From positions 224,001 through 288,000 of the forward strand of contig CBDCJH010000002.1 of the NCBI GenBank assembly GCA_965217775.1: DNA of 64,000 nucleotides. Reading direction: 5' to 3'. Positions 54,768 to 64,000 of the stretch are shown here, one piece after another. Numbering within the stretch: the first letter of the stretch is position 1; each line of letters starts with the position of its first letter. Origin of the DNA: Acidobacteriota bacterium. Lineage in GTDB: Bacteria; Acidobacteriota; UBA6911; RPQK01; JAJDTT01. A model generated the notes under the pieces. It was not told where the DNA came from and ran no database searches. It saw nothing but the letters and a program-made list of their open reading frames with translations. A program made the position numbers and the translations under genes.

Positions 54768-55655
54768 GTGAGAATTACATTACTGGGCACCGGGACTCCG
54801 ACACCCTCGGTCAAGCGGGCCGGTTCGGGCTATCTGGTGGAAACCGAGTCAGAGAGTTTTGTGTTCGACTGCGGGCCCGGTTCCTACAGCCGTTTTCTGG
54901 AGGCGGGGAAAGCGCCGACCGGGATCACGCAACTCTTTGTAACCCATTGGCACTATGATCATTGCACTGATCTTCCCCACTACGTTCTCCAGCGCTGGGA
55001 TCAGGGGGCGGGGAAGATCCCCGAGTTGAAGATCTATGGTCCTCGGCCGATCCGGCGAATCGTGGCAGCCCTGTTTGAAAAAGACGGGGTCTTCGATTCC
55101 GATCTGGAGGCCAGGACCCGGAACGAAATGAGTGTGGCGATTTATCATGCCCGCGGCGGCACCGGGGCGAGAGAACGTCCGCGGCCCATCATTGCCGAAG
55201 CGGAACATGGATCCGAGTTCCGGGGAGACAATTGGACGGTCCGGGCCATTGAAGTTCCCCATGTTCAACCGTATCTGCGCTGCCTGGCCTATCGATTGGA
55301 CTCGGAAGAGTACTCTCTGGTTTACAGTGGAGATTCAGGTCCGACCGATCGCATGATCTCCTTTTCCGAAGGTGCTGACGTGCTCATTCACATGTGCCAC
55401 TACCTCACGGGAACGGAGTTGAACGAAGCCATGTCAAGGGGTTGCGGAAGCCCTGGAATGATTGGTGCTCTGGCCCGGGACGCAGGTGTCAAAACCGTTG
55501 TTCTGACTCATATTACGGGACAGATCGACAAACCGGGCGTGCGGGAACGGGTCATCTCGGAAGTTCGTGAGATCTTCCGGGGCACCGTCATATTTGGCGA
55601 AGATCTGACTGTGATCTCCCCGGAATCGACCGGTCGCGCGGGTGTGCTTCTTTGA
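54768..55655 (+). CDS. MBL-fold metallo-hydrolase (RNase Z / AtsA-like)
   Basis: ITLLGTGTP, FDCGPG, THWHYDH, YSGDSG, VLTH. GTG start follows an AGGGG RBS. Confidence 0.85.
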   Translation: MRITLLGTGTPTPSVKRAGSGYLVETESESFVFDCGPGSYSRFLEAGKAPTGITQLFVTHWHYDHCTDLPHYVLQRWDQGAGKIPELKIYGPRPIRRIVAALFEKDGVFDSDLEARTRNEMSVAIYHARGGTGARERPRPIIAEAEHGSEFRGDNWTVRAIEVPHVQPYLRCLAYRLDSEEYSLVYSGDSGPTDRMISFSEGADVLIHMCHYLTGTELNEAMSRGCGSPGMIGALARDAGVKTVVLTHITGQIDKPGVRERVISEVREIFRGTVIFGEDLTVISPESTGRAGVLL

Positions 55656-55759
55656 CCCGCATTTCTGAATGGGGGGGCGCGGCGGCGATGGGCCTGGGTC
55701 CGTGCGGGAGGAATTCGAAGCTGTTCCTGTTCAATCCGCGTTGGAAAGCGAGGAAGCAG

Positions 55760-57844
55760 ATGGAAGTTGGCGCGACGACGGGGCTGATATTGGTTCTGGT
55801 TCTGTTGTTTGCCGGTTCTTGCGGGCCGGGAGCCGAACCGAGTGAGAGTCCGCCAGTGACGACGAGTTCGGAAAGACCCGCTTGGCTCGACGAGGAGCCC
55901 ATCATCATCGTGGGCGGTTGGGACGACATGCCTCTCTTTCGGCGGCGGGTGGGCAGCCTGAGGACCTGGCACGAAGAGGCGTACGAGCAGGCTCACACCG
56001 AGGAGCGGGTCCTCCAGTTGAAGGAACTGGGCGTCACCATGGCGGTGCTCCACTTCTACAAGGGCTTCGGGCTCGAGGCCGAGGCTGAGCACCTGGCCTA
56101 CGCCCGGAAGCTGGCCGAACTGTGCCGCAAGCACGGCATCCGGGTGGGCGTGTACGTGGGGAGCACCGTGGCTTACGAGACCTTCCTGCTGGAGAAGCCG
56201 GAGGCCGAAGCCTGGTTCGTGCCCGACTACCTGGGACAACCGGTCCATTACGGCCGCACCCAGACCTTCCGGAAACGGGTCTATTTCGCCCATCCCGGCT
56301 ACAAGGAATACATCCGCAAAGTGGTCCGCATGGCGGTGGAGGACTTCCAGGTGGACCTGATCCACTTCGACAACACCAGCACGCAGGGCCGCAGGCCAAT
56401 GTTCTTTCATCCCATGGCCATCGAGGATTTCCGGGAGTTTCTCAAGAAAAAATACACCCCGGATTTGTTGAAGCAGCGGCTGGGTTTCAACGATCTCCGA
56501 TACGTCACCCCGCCGGTGCACGAGGCCCCGCTCTCCACCATCAGCGACCCCCTCTTCCAGGAGTGGGCCGACTTCCGCTGCCATCAGTTGACCGAGTACT
56601 ACCGTGAGATGAAGGAGTACATCCACAGCCTCAATCCACTGGTGGCGGTGGAGAACAACCCTCACTCCGGCATGTCGGGCCTGAACACCGTCTGGGAGCA
56701 GGGGGTGGACTACCCTCGTCTCCTGGAGCAGACGGACATCGTCTGGACGGAGGAGGGCAACGAGGCCGGAATCAGCCCCGAGGGGGTGTTGATCTCAAAG
56801 ATCCGGAGCTACAAGACGGCCACCGGACTGGGAAACAAAATCTTCAGCTACACCTTTCGGACTCCCCTGGCGGTGGCCGAAGCCATGGCCTACAACCGGG
56901 GTTGCCTGGGAATGGTGGGAGGCATACAGGAGTACCCCGATCCGCCCCCGGCGCAGCGGCGCTATGTCCGCTTCTACCGCGACCGGTTCGACTATTATCG
57001 GAAGCCCGAGAGCGCCGCCGACGTGGCTGTGTTCCACTCCTATGCCACCATGGCCTTCAACAACGACCGCCCTTACCAGAGCACCTTTCTCTTCGAACAG
57101 GCCCTGATCCAGGCCAAGGTCCCTTTCGACCTCATCTTCGACCGCCATCTTTCCGATCTCTCGCGCTACCGGGTGCTGGTCCTGGCGGATCAGGAGTGCC
57201 TGAGCGATGAGCAGATGGAACAGATCCGCGCTTTCGTGAAAGGGGGAGGGGGATTGGTGGCCACCGAGCACAGCTCCCTCTTGACACCCTGGAGAAGCCG
57301 CCGCCGCGACTTCGGGTTGGCGGATCTCTTCGCGGTCCGGGCTCCGGAATTCGTGCCCTGGCCCCGGCAGCCCGAGGCGATTCTGCGGATCGATCCGGTC
57401 CGGCGCCGCGAAGGCGAAGGCCGTGTTGTCTACCTGCCCGAGGTGAAACCGGCCGTCGAGAAACCGGCCGCGGAGCCCATGACCAGCCGGTATTGGCACC
57501 TTCCCGTCAACTGGAAGGAACTGGTGGAGTCGGTCCGATGGGCCGGCGGCGGCGACCCGCTCTTGGAGATTGACGGGCCGCTGACCGTCACCGCCGAGTT
57601 GCTGAGCCAGGAGCGGGAGAACCGCCTGCTCCTGCATCTGGTCAACTACGGGATGGAAGAGAACCCGCTGGTCCGGGACCTGCAGATCAACCTCAGACCA
57701 GGAGAGAGAAAGGTCCGGAAGGTCTACACGCTGTCCCCCGACGGGGGAGAGATCCCCGACCTGAAGTTCCGAGCCGAGGGGAGTCGGATCCGGTTCACGC
57801 TGCCCCGGCTGGAAACCTACACGCTGGTGGTGATTCAGCTCTGA
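55760..57844 (+). CDS. Putative glycoside hydrolase lipoprotein (TIM barrel plus beta-galactosidase trimerization-like domain)
   Basis: AGSC lipobox-like sequence, DLIHFDN, YRVLVLADQECLSDEQMEQIRAFVKGGGGLVAT, LLHLVNY. Confidence 0.7.
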   Translation: MEVGATTGLILVLVLLFAGSCGPGAEPSESPPVTTSSERPAWLDEEPIIIVGGWDDMPLFRRRVGSLRTWHEEAYEQAHTEERVLQLKELGVTMAVLHFYKGFGLEAEAEHLAYARKLAELCRKHGIRVGVYVGSTVAYETFLLEKPEAEAWFVPDYLGQPVHYGRTQTFRKRVYFAHPGYKEYIRKVVRMAVEDFQVDLIHFDNTSTQGRRPMFFHPMAIEDFREFLKKKYTPDLLKQRLGFNDLRYVTPPVHEAPLSTISDPLFQEWADFRCHQLTEYYREMKEYIHSLNPLVAVENNPHSGMSGLNTVWEQGVDYPRLLEQTDIVWTEEGNEAGISPEGVLISKIRSYKTATGLGNKIFSYTFRTPLAVAEAMAYNRGCLGMVGGIQEYPDPPPAQRRYVRFYRDRFDYYRKPESAADVAVFHSYATMAFNNDRPYQSTFLFEQALIQAKVPFDLIFDRHLSDLSRYRVLVLADQECLSDEQMEQIRAFVKGGGGLVATEHSSLLTPWRSRRRDFGLADLFAVRAPEFVPWPRQPEAILRIDPVRRREGEGRVVYLPEVKPAVEKPAAEPMTSRYWHLPVNWKELVESVRWAGGGDPLLEIDGPLTVTAELLSQERENRLLLHLVNYGMEENPLVRDLQINLRPGERKVRKVYTLSPDGGEIPDLKFRAEGSRIRFTLPRLETYTLVVIQL

Positions 57845-57902
57845 GCGCCAGTTCGACGGAGTGCCGGGAGCGAGGGAATCCGGGAGAATTCCTTCATGGG
57901 GT

Positions 57903-60269
57903 TCAGAAGTGGAGCCGCTTCAGCGGCACCCGCTCGTACCCTTCCTGGCCCTCGACGACCCGGATCAGTTGGCCCGAACTCACTTTACCCAAACGCTGGG
58001 TCTTGCCGGTCGTGGGCCAGAAGATCTCGACCTCGCTGGCCGACGCGGCCCGGCCCAGGCCGATGGTCTGGCGCAAGGGGTTGCCCCCGAAGCTTCCCCC
58101 GCTGTTGACGTGGCGGTAGATGGATCGGCTGGCGCCCTCTTCCACGACCTGCACCCGGATCCGAGCGCCGATGGCGGAAGCGTTGGACTCCCGGCCCACC
58201 AGTTGGATGGCCAGCCAGTGATTGTCGTTTCCGGGGTTCTCGTAGAGGGCGTCGTTGAAGGCGTCCACCGGGAAGGCGCCTCCCATCTGCTCGAAGACGT
58301 CCAGGTCGCCGTCGTTGTCCAGATCGGCGAAAGCGACGCCGTGACCCTTCTGAAGATGACCAAACCCCCCCGCTATGGTCACGTCCTCGAACCCCTGGCC
58401 AGCCTGGTTCAGAAACATGAGGTTGGGGACGATGCTGGCGAGACTGGGATCACCGGTTCCCAGGTAGAAGTCCAGGTAGCCGTCGTTGTTCAGGTCGCCG
58501 AAGTTGGAACCCATGGGCTGCATGGGCACGGTCAGGTTGCGCTCACTGACCACGTCCCGAAAGCCACCTCGGCCGTCTCCCTCGTAGAGACAGGCCTTTT
58601 CGAAATCCGGGGAGAGTCCCAGACGGTAGGAGGCCTGGTGACCGATGTGACCGGCGTAGCTGGAGACGAACAGGTCCAGATGCCCGTCGTTGTTGTAGTC
58701 CCAGAACCAGGCCGGAAAGCTTTTGCTGGGACGCCCGACATCCAGCTTCACCGTGACGTCTTCGAAGGTTCCGTCTCCCCGGTTCCGGTAAAGCCGGTTC
58801 GGGTCCCGGTAGTTGGAGACGTACAGATCCGGATAGCGGTCCCCATCGTAATCTCCCCAGGAGACCCCCTTGGTGAAGGCGTAGCCCTTAACGCCGGCCT
58901 GCTCCGCCACGTCCTGAAAGGTGCCGTTCCCCTGGTTTTGGAACAACTGCCAGGGGGCCTGGTAATCCCTCAGAGATTCGTTTCCGATGAAGAGGTCCAG
59001 ATCGCCGTCGTTGTCGTAGTCGGCCCAGCCGGCCACCTGGGTCGGATAGGAGACCTCCGCCAGGCCGGCATCGAAGGTCACGTCCTGGAAACTGCCGTCC
59101 CCCCGGTTCCTCAAGAGGGAGTTGGGGTGCTGTCCCTCCACGCCGCACCAGGCTCCGCGCAGAACCAGAACGTCCAGGTGCCCGTCATTGTCGTAGTCGG
59201 CATGGAGCATATTGAGACCTCCCCAGAGTCCCTCCAGGCCCGCCTCCCGGGATCGCTCCCGAAAGGTCCCGTCTCCGCGGTTGCGAAAGTAGCGCATCGG
59301 GCCGGAGGCGTCCCAGGTAGAGGTGAGGATGTCCAGGTAACCGTCCCCGTCGAAATCGTCCACGATGGCCCCACCGGCCAGATTGAAGCTGCTGGTTCCC
59401 AGTTTCAGGGCGATGTTGCGGAAGCGCCGGAACGGGACTCTGGACTGGAAGGTCGATTCGGGGATCCGGTAGCGGGCCGGAACGCCGTCCGGGTACTGGT
59501 CCAGCGTCATGTAGGCGATGTTGAGGAGCCAAAGGGACGGATAATAGTAGCCGTAGCCCTCTTCCGGAGAAGAGTTGTCCAGCATCTCGGTAAAATACCG
59601 AATGGCCCGGGTGGATCCCTGCGGGAGGGAGTGGATTCCTTCTCCCCGCAGAGGGAGTATGCAGCGCTCGGCACCGTGCTGGACGGTGCAGTTCTGGGTC
59701 TCCCCCATCCGCATGTAGGCCACGCCCAACTCGAAGATGGTCTGGTCCACCTTGGTCCGCTGGAGATGGGTGCGGACTTCGGGCAGGAGATCATAGGCGG
59801 CTTTCAGGTGCTCGATGCCTGCCTCCTCCTCGCCGAGCCGCACCTCGGCGACTCCCAGGTCCAGCAGGATGTCCCAGCGGTTCAGGTTCTTCCAATAGGA
59901 GGGAGTGTCCGGGTCGGAGGCGCTCTGTTCCAACTCCTCCAGCTGGCGCCGGTAGTCGCGCACGACGCTGTCTCCCTGGTAGGGATTCTTGCTATCCGTC
60001 TCGACGGCTACCTGCCGAAGAACCTGGAGCATGCGCCGGTGTCCCGGGGAGAGATCCCGATCAGCCGCTGGGTGGTCCCCCTTGTCCTGGATTGCCGGGT
60101 TCGGATGGTGATGGTGTGGTTTCTTGGGATCCGAAGTCTGGACCGGCAGAAGAGGTTGGGAGTGTCCCAAAATGACGGCTGCCACCAGAGCGGCCCGCAT
60201 CGCCGCGCCAACGGAATTACCGGTGACACGCCTCGCCGACAGCAACCGCAATGGGCGAACTTCAGTCAT
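57903..60269 (-). CDS. CRTAC1 family FG-GAP / ASPIC-UnbV protein with helical N-terminal extension
   Basis: Repeated DYDNDGDLD, GFGHLQKGHGVAFADLDNDGD, SGGSFG..IGLG..IFWP; N-terminal GETQNC..CILPL. Confidence 0.9.
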   Translation of the reverse strand: MTEVRPLRLLSARRVTGNSVGAAMRAALVAAVILGHSQPLLPVQTSDPKKPHHHHPNPAIQDKGDHPAADRDLSPGHRRMLQVLRQVAVETDSKNPYQGDSVVRDYRRQLEELEQSASDPDTPSYWKNLNRWDILLDLGVAEVRLGEEEAGIEHLKAAYDLLPEVRTHLQRTKVDQTIFELGVAYMRMGETQNCTVQHGAERCILPLRGEGIHSLPQGSTRAIRYFTEMLDNSSPEEGYGYYYPSLWLLNIAYMTLDQYPDGVPARYRIPESTFQSRVPFRRFRNIALKLGTSSFNLAGGAIVDDFDGDGYLDILTSTWDASGPMRYFRNRGDGTFRERSREAGLEGLWGGLNMLHADYDNDGHLDVLVLRGAWCGVEGQHPNSLLRNRGDGSFQDVTFDAGLAEVSYPTQVAGWADYDNDGDLDLFIGNESLRDYQAPWQLFQNQGNGTFQDVAEQAGVKGYAFTKGVSWGDYDGDRYPDLYVSNYRDPNRLYRNRGDGTFEDVTVKLDVGRPSKSFPAWFWDYNNDGHLDLFVSSYAGHIGHQASYRLGLSPDFEKACLYEGDGRGGFRDVVSERNLTVPMQPMGSNFGDLNNDGYLDFYLGTGDPSLASIVPNLMFLNQAGQGFEDVTIAGGFGHLQKGHGVAFADLDNDGDLDVFEQMGGAFPVDAFNDALYENPGNDNHWLAIQLVGRESNASAIGARIRVQVVEEGASRSIYRHVNSGGSFGGNPLRQTIGLGRAASASEVEIFWPTTGKTQRLGKVSSGQLIRVVEGQEGYERVPLKRLHF

Positions 60270-60273
60270 GAGG

Positions 60274-61515
60274 CTAGCCGGGAATCTCCCAGTAGGAGCC
60301 CCGAATGCTGGTGACCCCGTCTGGTTCTTCCCCGTAGTAGATGGTGAACAGATGCCCCGGCCGGTATTCGATGGTCACCGGGTAGCCCAGATTCCGGTTC
60401 GGGAAATCGCCCTGGATCAGGAACTCCTGCTCGTAGTCCCAGGTCTGACCGCCGTCGCGGCTCTGGCAGGCTCGGATCCCGAAAGGCGAGCGGCGATGGC
60501 CGTAAGTGACCAACAGCCGGCCGTCGGAAAGGTGCAGCAGGTGCCCCGGATAGCCCCAGACGCGGGTCTTGCGGACGGGGGTCCAGGTGGATCCATTGTC
60601 CGAGGACTCGCTCTGGTGCAGGTAGCGGGTGCTGGTGCGAATCATGGCCACCACCTTCCCGCTGGGAAGGACTGCCGCCGTGGGTTCGGAAAAATCACCT
60701 TCGTCCACCTTTCCGACGACCACCGGACGGCTCCAGGTCAAACCGCCGTCCCGGGATCGCACCGCATAGGCGGTACGATTCAGCGGGTGGTCCGCAGTGA
60801 CCATGAGGACGCTTCCGTCCTGCAGTTGAGCTACGCCCCGGGGCGTATAGCCTCCCATGTAGGGTTCGGTGGGGATCCGGACCGTTCGGTCCCAGGTGCG
60901 GCCTCCGTCGGAGCTCAAGTGGACGTAGCAGCCGCCGTTGGCCCGGGCCCAAGGGTAAAGGCTCCGGTCAAAAGCGGAGTCGGAAGCTGCCGGCAGCCAA
61001 CCCCCTTCTCGGCTGGTTCTGAGCCAGATCTCCTCTCCCTGGGACGCGAGTTTCCTCCCCTGGGCCAGGGGATACCAGAGGAACTGCCACTGGTTCAGGA
61101 CCACCGTCCCGTCCCGAAGTTGGGCCAGGCCCGGGCACTCGACCCCGTACCAGTCCCAGTTGGGCGCGGCCTCCGGAGGGCTCCAGGTGCGGCCCTCGTC
61201 GTCGGAACGGGAGATCAGGTTGTGGAAGTGGGGATCACCCGGCGGGTGGGTGTAGGGGGTGATTCTCTGGCACTCGTTGAACGCAGTGACCCACTCGCCG
61301 TTGGCCAGCCGCACGATGGAAGCATGGGAGCAATAGGCAAAGGGATCGCGGTAGATGATGATGTCCCGGCGATTCGGGGCCGGCTGCGTGTGGGGATTGG
61401 GCTCACCGGGATCACCGTTGTACTGCGCTCCAGCCGGAGCCGTCGAGAGGACCGCCGCCAAGGCGCCGCCTCGTTTCAGAAACTCTCTTCGCTGGAACGA
61501 TTCTGGATAAGTCAT
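60274..61515 (-). CDS. Tat-exported Asp-box sialidase-like protein
   Basis: QRREFLK Tat motif; SDDEGRTW, SSDGGRTW, SRDGGLTW, SSDNGSTW, SRDGGQTW; LGYP. Confidence 0.85.
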   Translation of the reverse strand: MTYPESFQRREFLKRGGALAAVLSTAPAGAQYNGDPGEPNPHTQPAPNRRDIIIYRDPFAYCSHASIVRLANGEWVTAFNECQRITPYTHPPGDPHFHNLISRSDDEGRTWSPPEAAPNWDWYGVECPGLAQLRDGTVVLNQWQFLWYPLAQGRKLASQGEEIWLRTSREGGWLPAASDSAFDRSLYPWARANGGCYVHLSSDGGRTWDRTVRIPTEPYMGGYTPRGVAQLQDGSVLMVTADHPLNRTAYAVRSRDGGLTWSRPVVVGKVDEGDFSEPTAAVLPSGKVVAMIRTSTRYLHQSESSDNGSTWTPVRKTRVWGYPGHLLHLSDGRLLVTYGHRRSPFGIRACQSRDGGQTWDYEQEFLIQGDFPNRNLGYPVTIEYRPGHLFTIYYGEEPDGVTSIRGSYWEIPG

Positions 61516-61675
61516 GACTTTTCACAGTCTAACCCGGATTTTTGGAGGTCGGCAACCCGCAGCCCAAGGCGAGTGCGAACCCCATATCCGAAGTCTTGGA
61601 GAACGAGGTCCGGTTCCTCCAGGCGCGTTATCATTACTGACCCGCCGGATCGAAAATTGACTGTCTGAGAGGCTC

Positions 61676-62707
61676 CTAGCGGCCGATCAGGGACTTGCGG
61701 AGCTCCGCCAGTTCCTTCTGGAGCCGCCTGACCGTCTTCACCAACTCGGGGAATCGGTGCATCAGGATGTAGTTCCGTTTCCAGAGTGTGGTTTCCATCT
61801 CCGGTGATCCGGAGACGACGGTCCCCGGGGGAACGTCCCGCCCGATGCCGGTCTGAGCCGTCGCCACGACCCGGTCTCCGATCTTCAGATGGCCGGCCAC
61901 GCCCACCTGCCCCGCCAGGGTCACGTGGTTCCCGATGGTGGTGGTCCCGGCGAGCCCGGTCTGGGACGCCAGAATATTGTGGGACCCGAGGGTCGAACCG
62001 TGTCCGATCTGGACCAGGTTGTCGATTTTCGTCCCTTTCCCGATACGAGTCTCACCCACGGTTCCCCGGTCGATGCAGGCATTGGCGCCCACCTCCACGT
62101 CGTCTTCCAGAATCACCACGCCCGACTGGACCATCTTGAAGTAGCTGCCGTCGGCACGGGGAGCGAACCCGAATCCGTCGCCTCCGATGACGGCCCCGTT
62201 CTGGAGGATCACGCGGTCGCCCAGCCGGCAGTGCTCACGTACCACGGCGTTGGAATGGGCCACGAAGTCGTCGCCGATTCGGGCGTGGGGATAGACGACC
62301 ACGTTGGGGTAGATCACGGCGTTGCGGCCCACCCGGACCCCGTCGCCGATGACCGTATGGGCTCCGGCGGAGTGGTTCTCTCCCAGTTCGGCGGTCTCGG
62401 CGATGATGGCCGTGGGGTGGATTCCCCGAGTGACGGACGGGGGCCGGTAAAAAAGGGGGATGGCACGAGCGAATGCCAGGTAAGGATTGTCGCTGAGCAG
62501 CGTCGGAAGGCCGGTATCGGGCGCGTCCCGCGACACCACGATGGCTCCGGCTCGAGTCGACGGGATCTTGGAGTAGTACTTGGGATTGGAGACGAAAGTG
62601 AGTTGGGTCGCCGTCGCCTCCTCGATGCCGGCCACCCCGTCGATCTCGGTTTCAGGCGATCCCCGGAGTTCGCAGTTCAGTTCCTGGGCGAGATCTCCAA
62701 GCTTCAT
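61676..62707 (-). CDS. lpxD: UDP-3-O-(3-hydroxyacyl)glucosamine N-acyltransferase
   Basis: LTFVSNPKY, NPYLAFA, hexapeptide repeats, GGDGFGFA, IDRGT, TKIDNLVQIGH. Confidence 0.96.
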   Translation of the reverse strand: MKLGDLAQELNCELRGSPETEIDGVAGIEEATATQLTFVSNPKYYSKIPSTRAGAIVVSRDAPDTGLPTLLSDNPYLAFARAIPLFYRPPSVTRGIHPTAIIAETAELGENHSAGAHTVIGDGVRVGRNAVIYPNVVVYPHARIGDDFVAHSNAVVREHCRLGDRVILQNGAVIGGDGFGFAPRADGSYFKMVQSGVVILEDDVEVGANACIDRGTVGETRIGKGTKIDNLVQIGHGSTLGSHNILASQTGLAGTTTIGNHVTLAGQVGVAGHLKIGDRVVATAQTGIGRDVPPGTVVSGSPEMETTLWKRNYILMHRFPELVKTVRRLQKELAELRKSLIGR

Positions 62708-62818
62708 TCCGTACCCCGTGACACCCGAACCTGCGGGTCAGATGAGAATGATAGCGTAACCGCGGGTTGACGCGTTTGGTAACGCCGGTTTCGATTCCCT
62801 CAAGCAAGTGACCGCGGG

Positions 62819-64000
62819 ATGGTCCAAGCCGACAATCAGGAGTCCCAACGAAGGATTCGGTCGACTCGAGCCGCCCGGAGCATCAGCGCCGCCGTTTTAC
62901 TCAGCCGGATACTGGGTCTGGTCCGGGACCGGTTCTTGGCGCGGCTCTTCGGAGCCGGGGCCTACATGGACGCCTACAACGTGGCGTTCCGGATACCCAA
63001 TCTCTTCCGCGATCTCGTCGCCGAAGGAGCATTGAGCTCGGCGTTCGTCCCCACCTTCACGGAGATCCTTCGCCAGCAGGGCAAAGAAGAAGCGTGGCGC
63101 CTGGCCAATCTGGTGGTCAGCGCTCTGCTCTTCGTTCTGGGGCTGCTGGCGGTGGCGTTCTTCGCCCTGTCCGATTATTGGGTCTATCTGCTGGCGGCGG
63201 GGTTTGCGAGCGATCCAGGCAAGCTCGAGGTCACCTCCCACTTGGTTCGGATTCTCTCCCCCTTCCTGATTTTCGTCTCCGTGGCCTCGATCCTGATGGG
63301 GATGCTGAACGCGCTGAATCGCTACTTCGTCCCCGCGCTCGCCCCGGCGCTGTTCAACCTGGCCCTCATTTTTTTCTGTATTTTCATCGTCCCCTGGTTC
63401 GAGTACGAAGGGATCCTTGCCGTCTATGCCGTGGCTCTGGGCGCCCTGGTGGGCGGGGCTCTTCAATGCGCTATCCAGTTCCCCCTCCTCTACCGGCAGG
63501 GATACCGATTCCGTTTGGGTCTCGACTTCCGGCACCCGGCGCTGCGCCGGATCGGGCGGCTGGTAGCGCCGGCTCTACTGGGAGTCAGCGCGCTTCAGAT
63601 CAACGTTCTGGTCAACACGCAGTTGGCCTCGTTATTGGGCGGCGACGGACCCATCTCCTGGCTCAACTTCGCGTTCCGGATCATGTACCTGCCCATCGGA
63701 CTCTGTGGAGTGGCGGTGGGCGTGGTGAATCTCCGCGAGGTGTCGATTTCGGCCGCCCGGGAAGAATGGGACGGGCTCAAGGCGATGGTGGCCCATTCGG
63801 TCAAGACCGTCTCGCTGATTGCTCTGCCCGCCGGTGTCGGGCTCCTGATCCTGGCCGGACCCATCGTCCGTCTGCTCTTCGAAACCGGCGAGTTCACCGC
63901 CGAGGCCACCCAAAAGACCGCTTCCGCCTTGATCTGTTATTCCTTCGGGCTGTTCGCCTACAGTTGCATCAAGGTCTACGCCCCCACCTTCTATGCCTTG
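62819..64000 (+). CDS. murJ: Lipid II flippase MurJ/MviN, 3'-truncated by window edge (absent from ORF track)
   Basis: From the ATG at 62819: SRILGLVRD..FGAGAYMDAYNVAFRIPNLFRDLVAEGALSSAFVPTF, and later AFRIMYLPIGLCGVAV; open to the window end. Confidence 0.95.
   Translation, partial: MVQADNQESQRRIRSTRAARSISAAVLLSRILGLVRDRFLARLFGAGAYMDAYNVAFRIPNLFRDLVAEGALSSAFVPTFTEILRQQGKEEAWRLANLVVSALLFVLGLLAVAFFALSDYWVYLLAAGFASDPGKLEVTSHLVRILSPFLIFVSVASILMGMLNALNRYFVPALAPALFNLALIFFCIFIVPWFEYEGILAVYAVALGALVGGALQCAIQFPLLYRQGYRFRLGLDFRHPALRRIGRLVAPALLGVSALQINVLVNTQLASLLGGDGPISWLNFAFRIMYLPIGLCGVAVGVVNLREVSISAAREEWDGLKAMVAHSVKTVSLIALPAGVGLLILAGPIVRLLFETGEFTAEATQKTASALICYSFGLFAYSCIKVYAPTFYAL

Noticed and set aside
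57861-60314. 817-aa + strand ORF, and similar long antisense ORFs (e.g. 9096..10844, 17250..18914, 23883..25538, 34150..35580, 60124..61668)
   Set aside because: They lie opposite genes with clear family motifs and have no motifs of their own; stop-poor shadow frames are expected in GC-rich DNA.
62750-62776. Imperfect palindrome GCGTAACCGCGGGTTGACGC between lpxD and murJ
   Set aside because: Single, imperfect and GC-rich; it cannot be distinguished from chance without comparative data.

Overview
GC-rich bacterial chromosome segment, very probably Acidobacteriota (Oar-type TonB receptor, GWxTD protein, two CRTAC1/ASPIC-UnbV proteins, lpxD). It is densely coding. Housekeeping genes (single-chain purL, apaH, maf, msrP, lpxD, murJ) are mixed with a large catabolic and secreted-enzyme repertoire: three sulfatases, five intact Asp-box/sialidase-like propellers, a CE15 esterase, two paralogous GH-like propeller proteins, amidohydrolases and oxidoreductases. 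No rRNA, tRNA, CRISPR array, integrase or transposase was seen. Features not evident from the ORF track: (1) a candidate defence islet at 29.2-33.8 kb, made of an internally deleted OLD-like ATPase/TOPRIM gene, a MITE and a ~960-aa SF1 helicase with a possible RelE-like N-terminus and TPR-like C-terminus; (2) a 158-bp MITE in two copies with TIRs and 4-bp target duplications, plus a 29-bp mini derivative; (3) a tandem sulfatase duplication that also carried an msrP fragment, with one copy lacking a catalytic Lys; (4) an orphan Phd antitoxin with a palindromic operator and a 15-codon VapC stump; (5) an internally deleted Asp-box paralogue; (6) two families of intergenic hairpin repeats. All family calls are from motif recognition by eye; no database searches were run.
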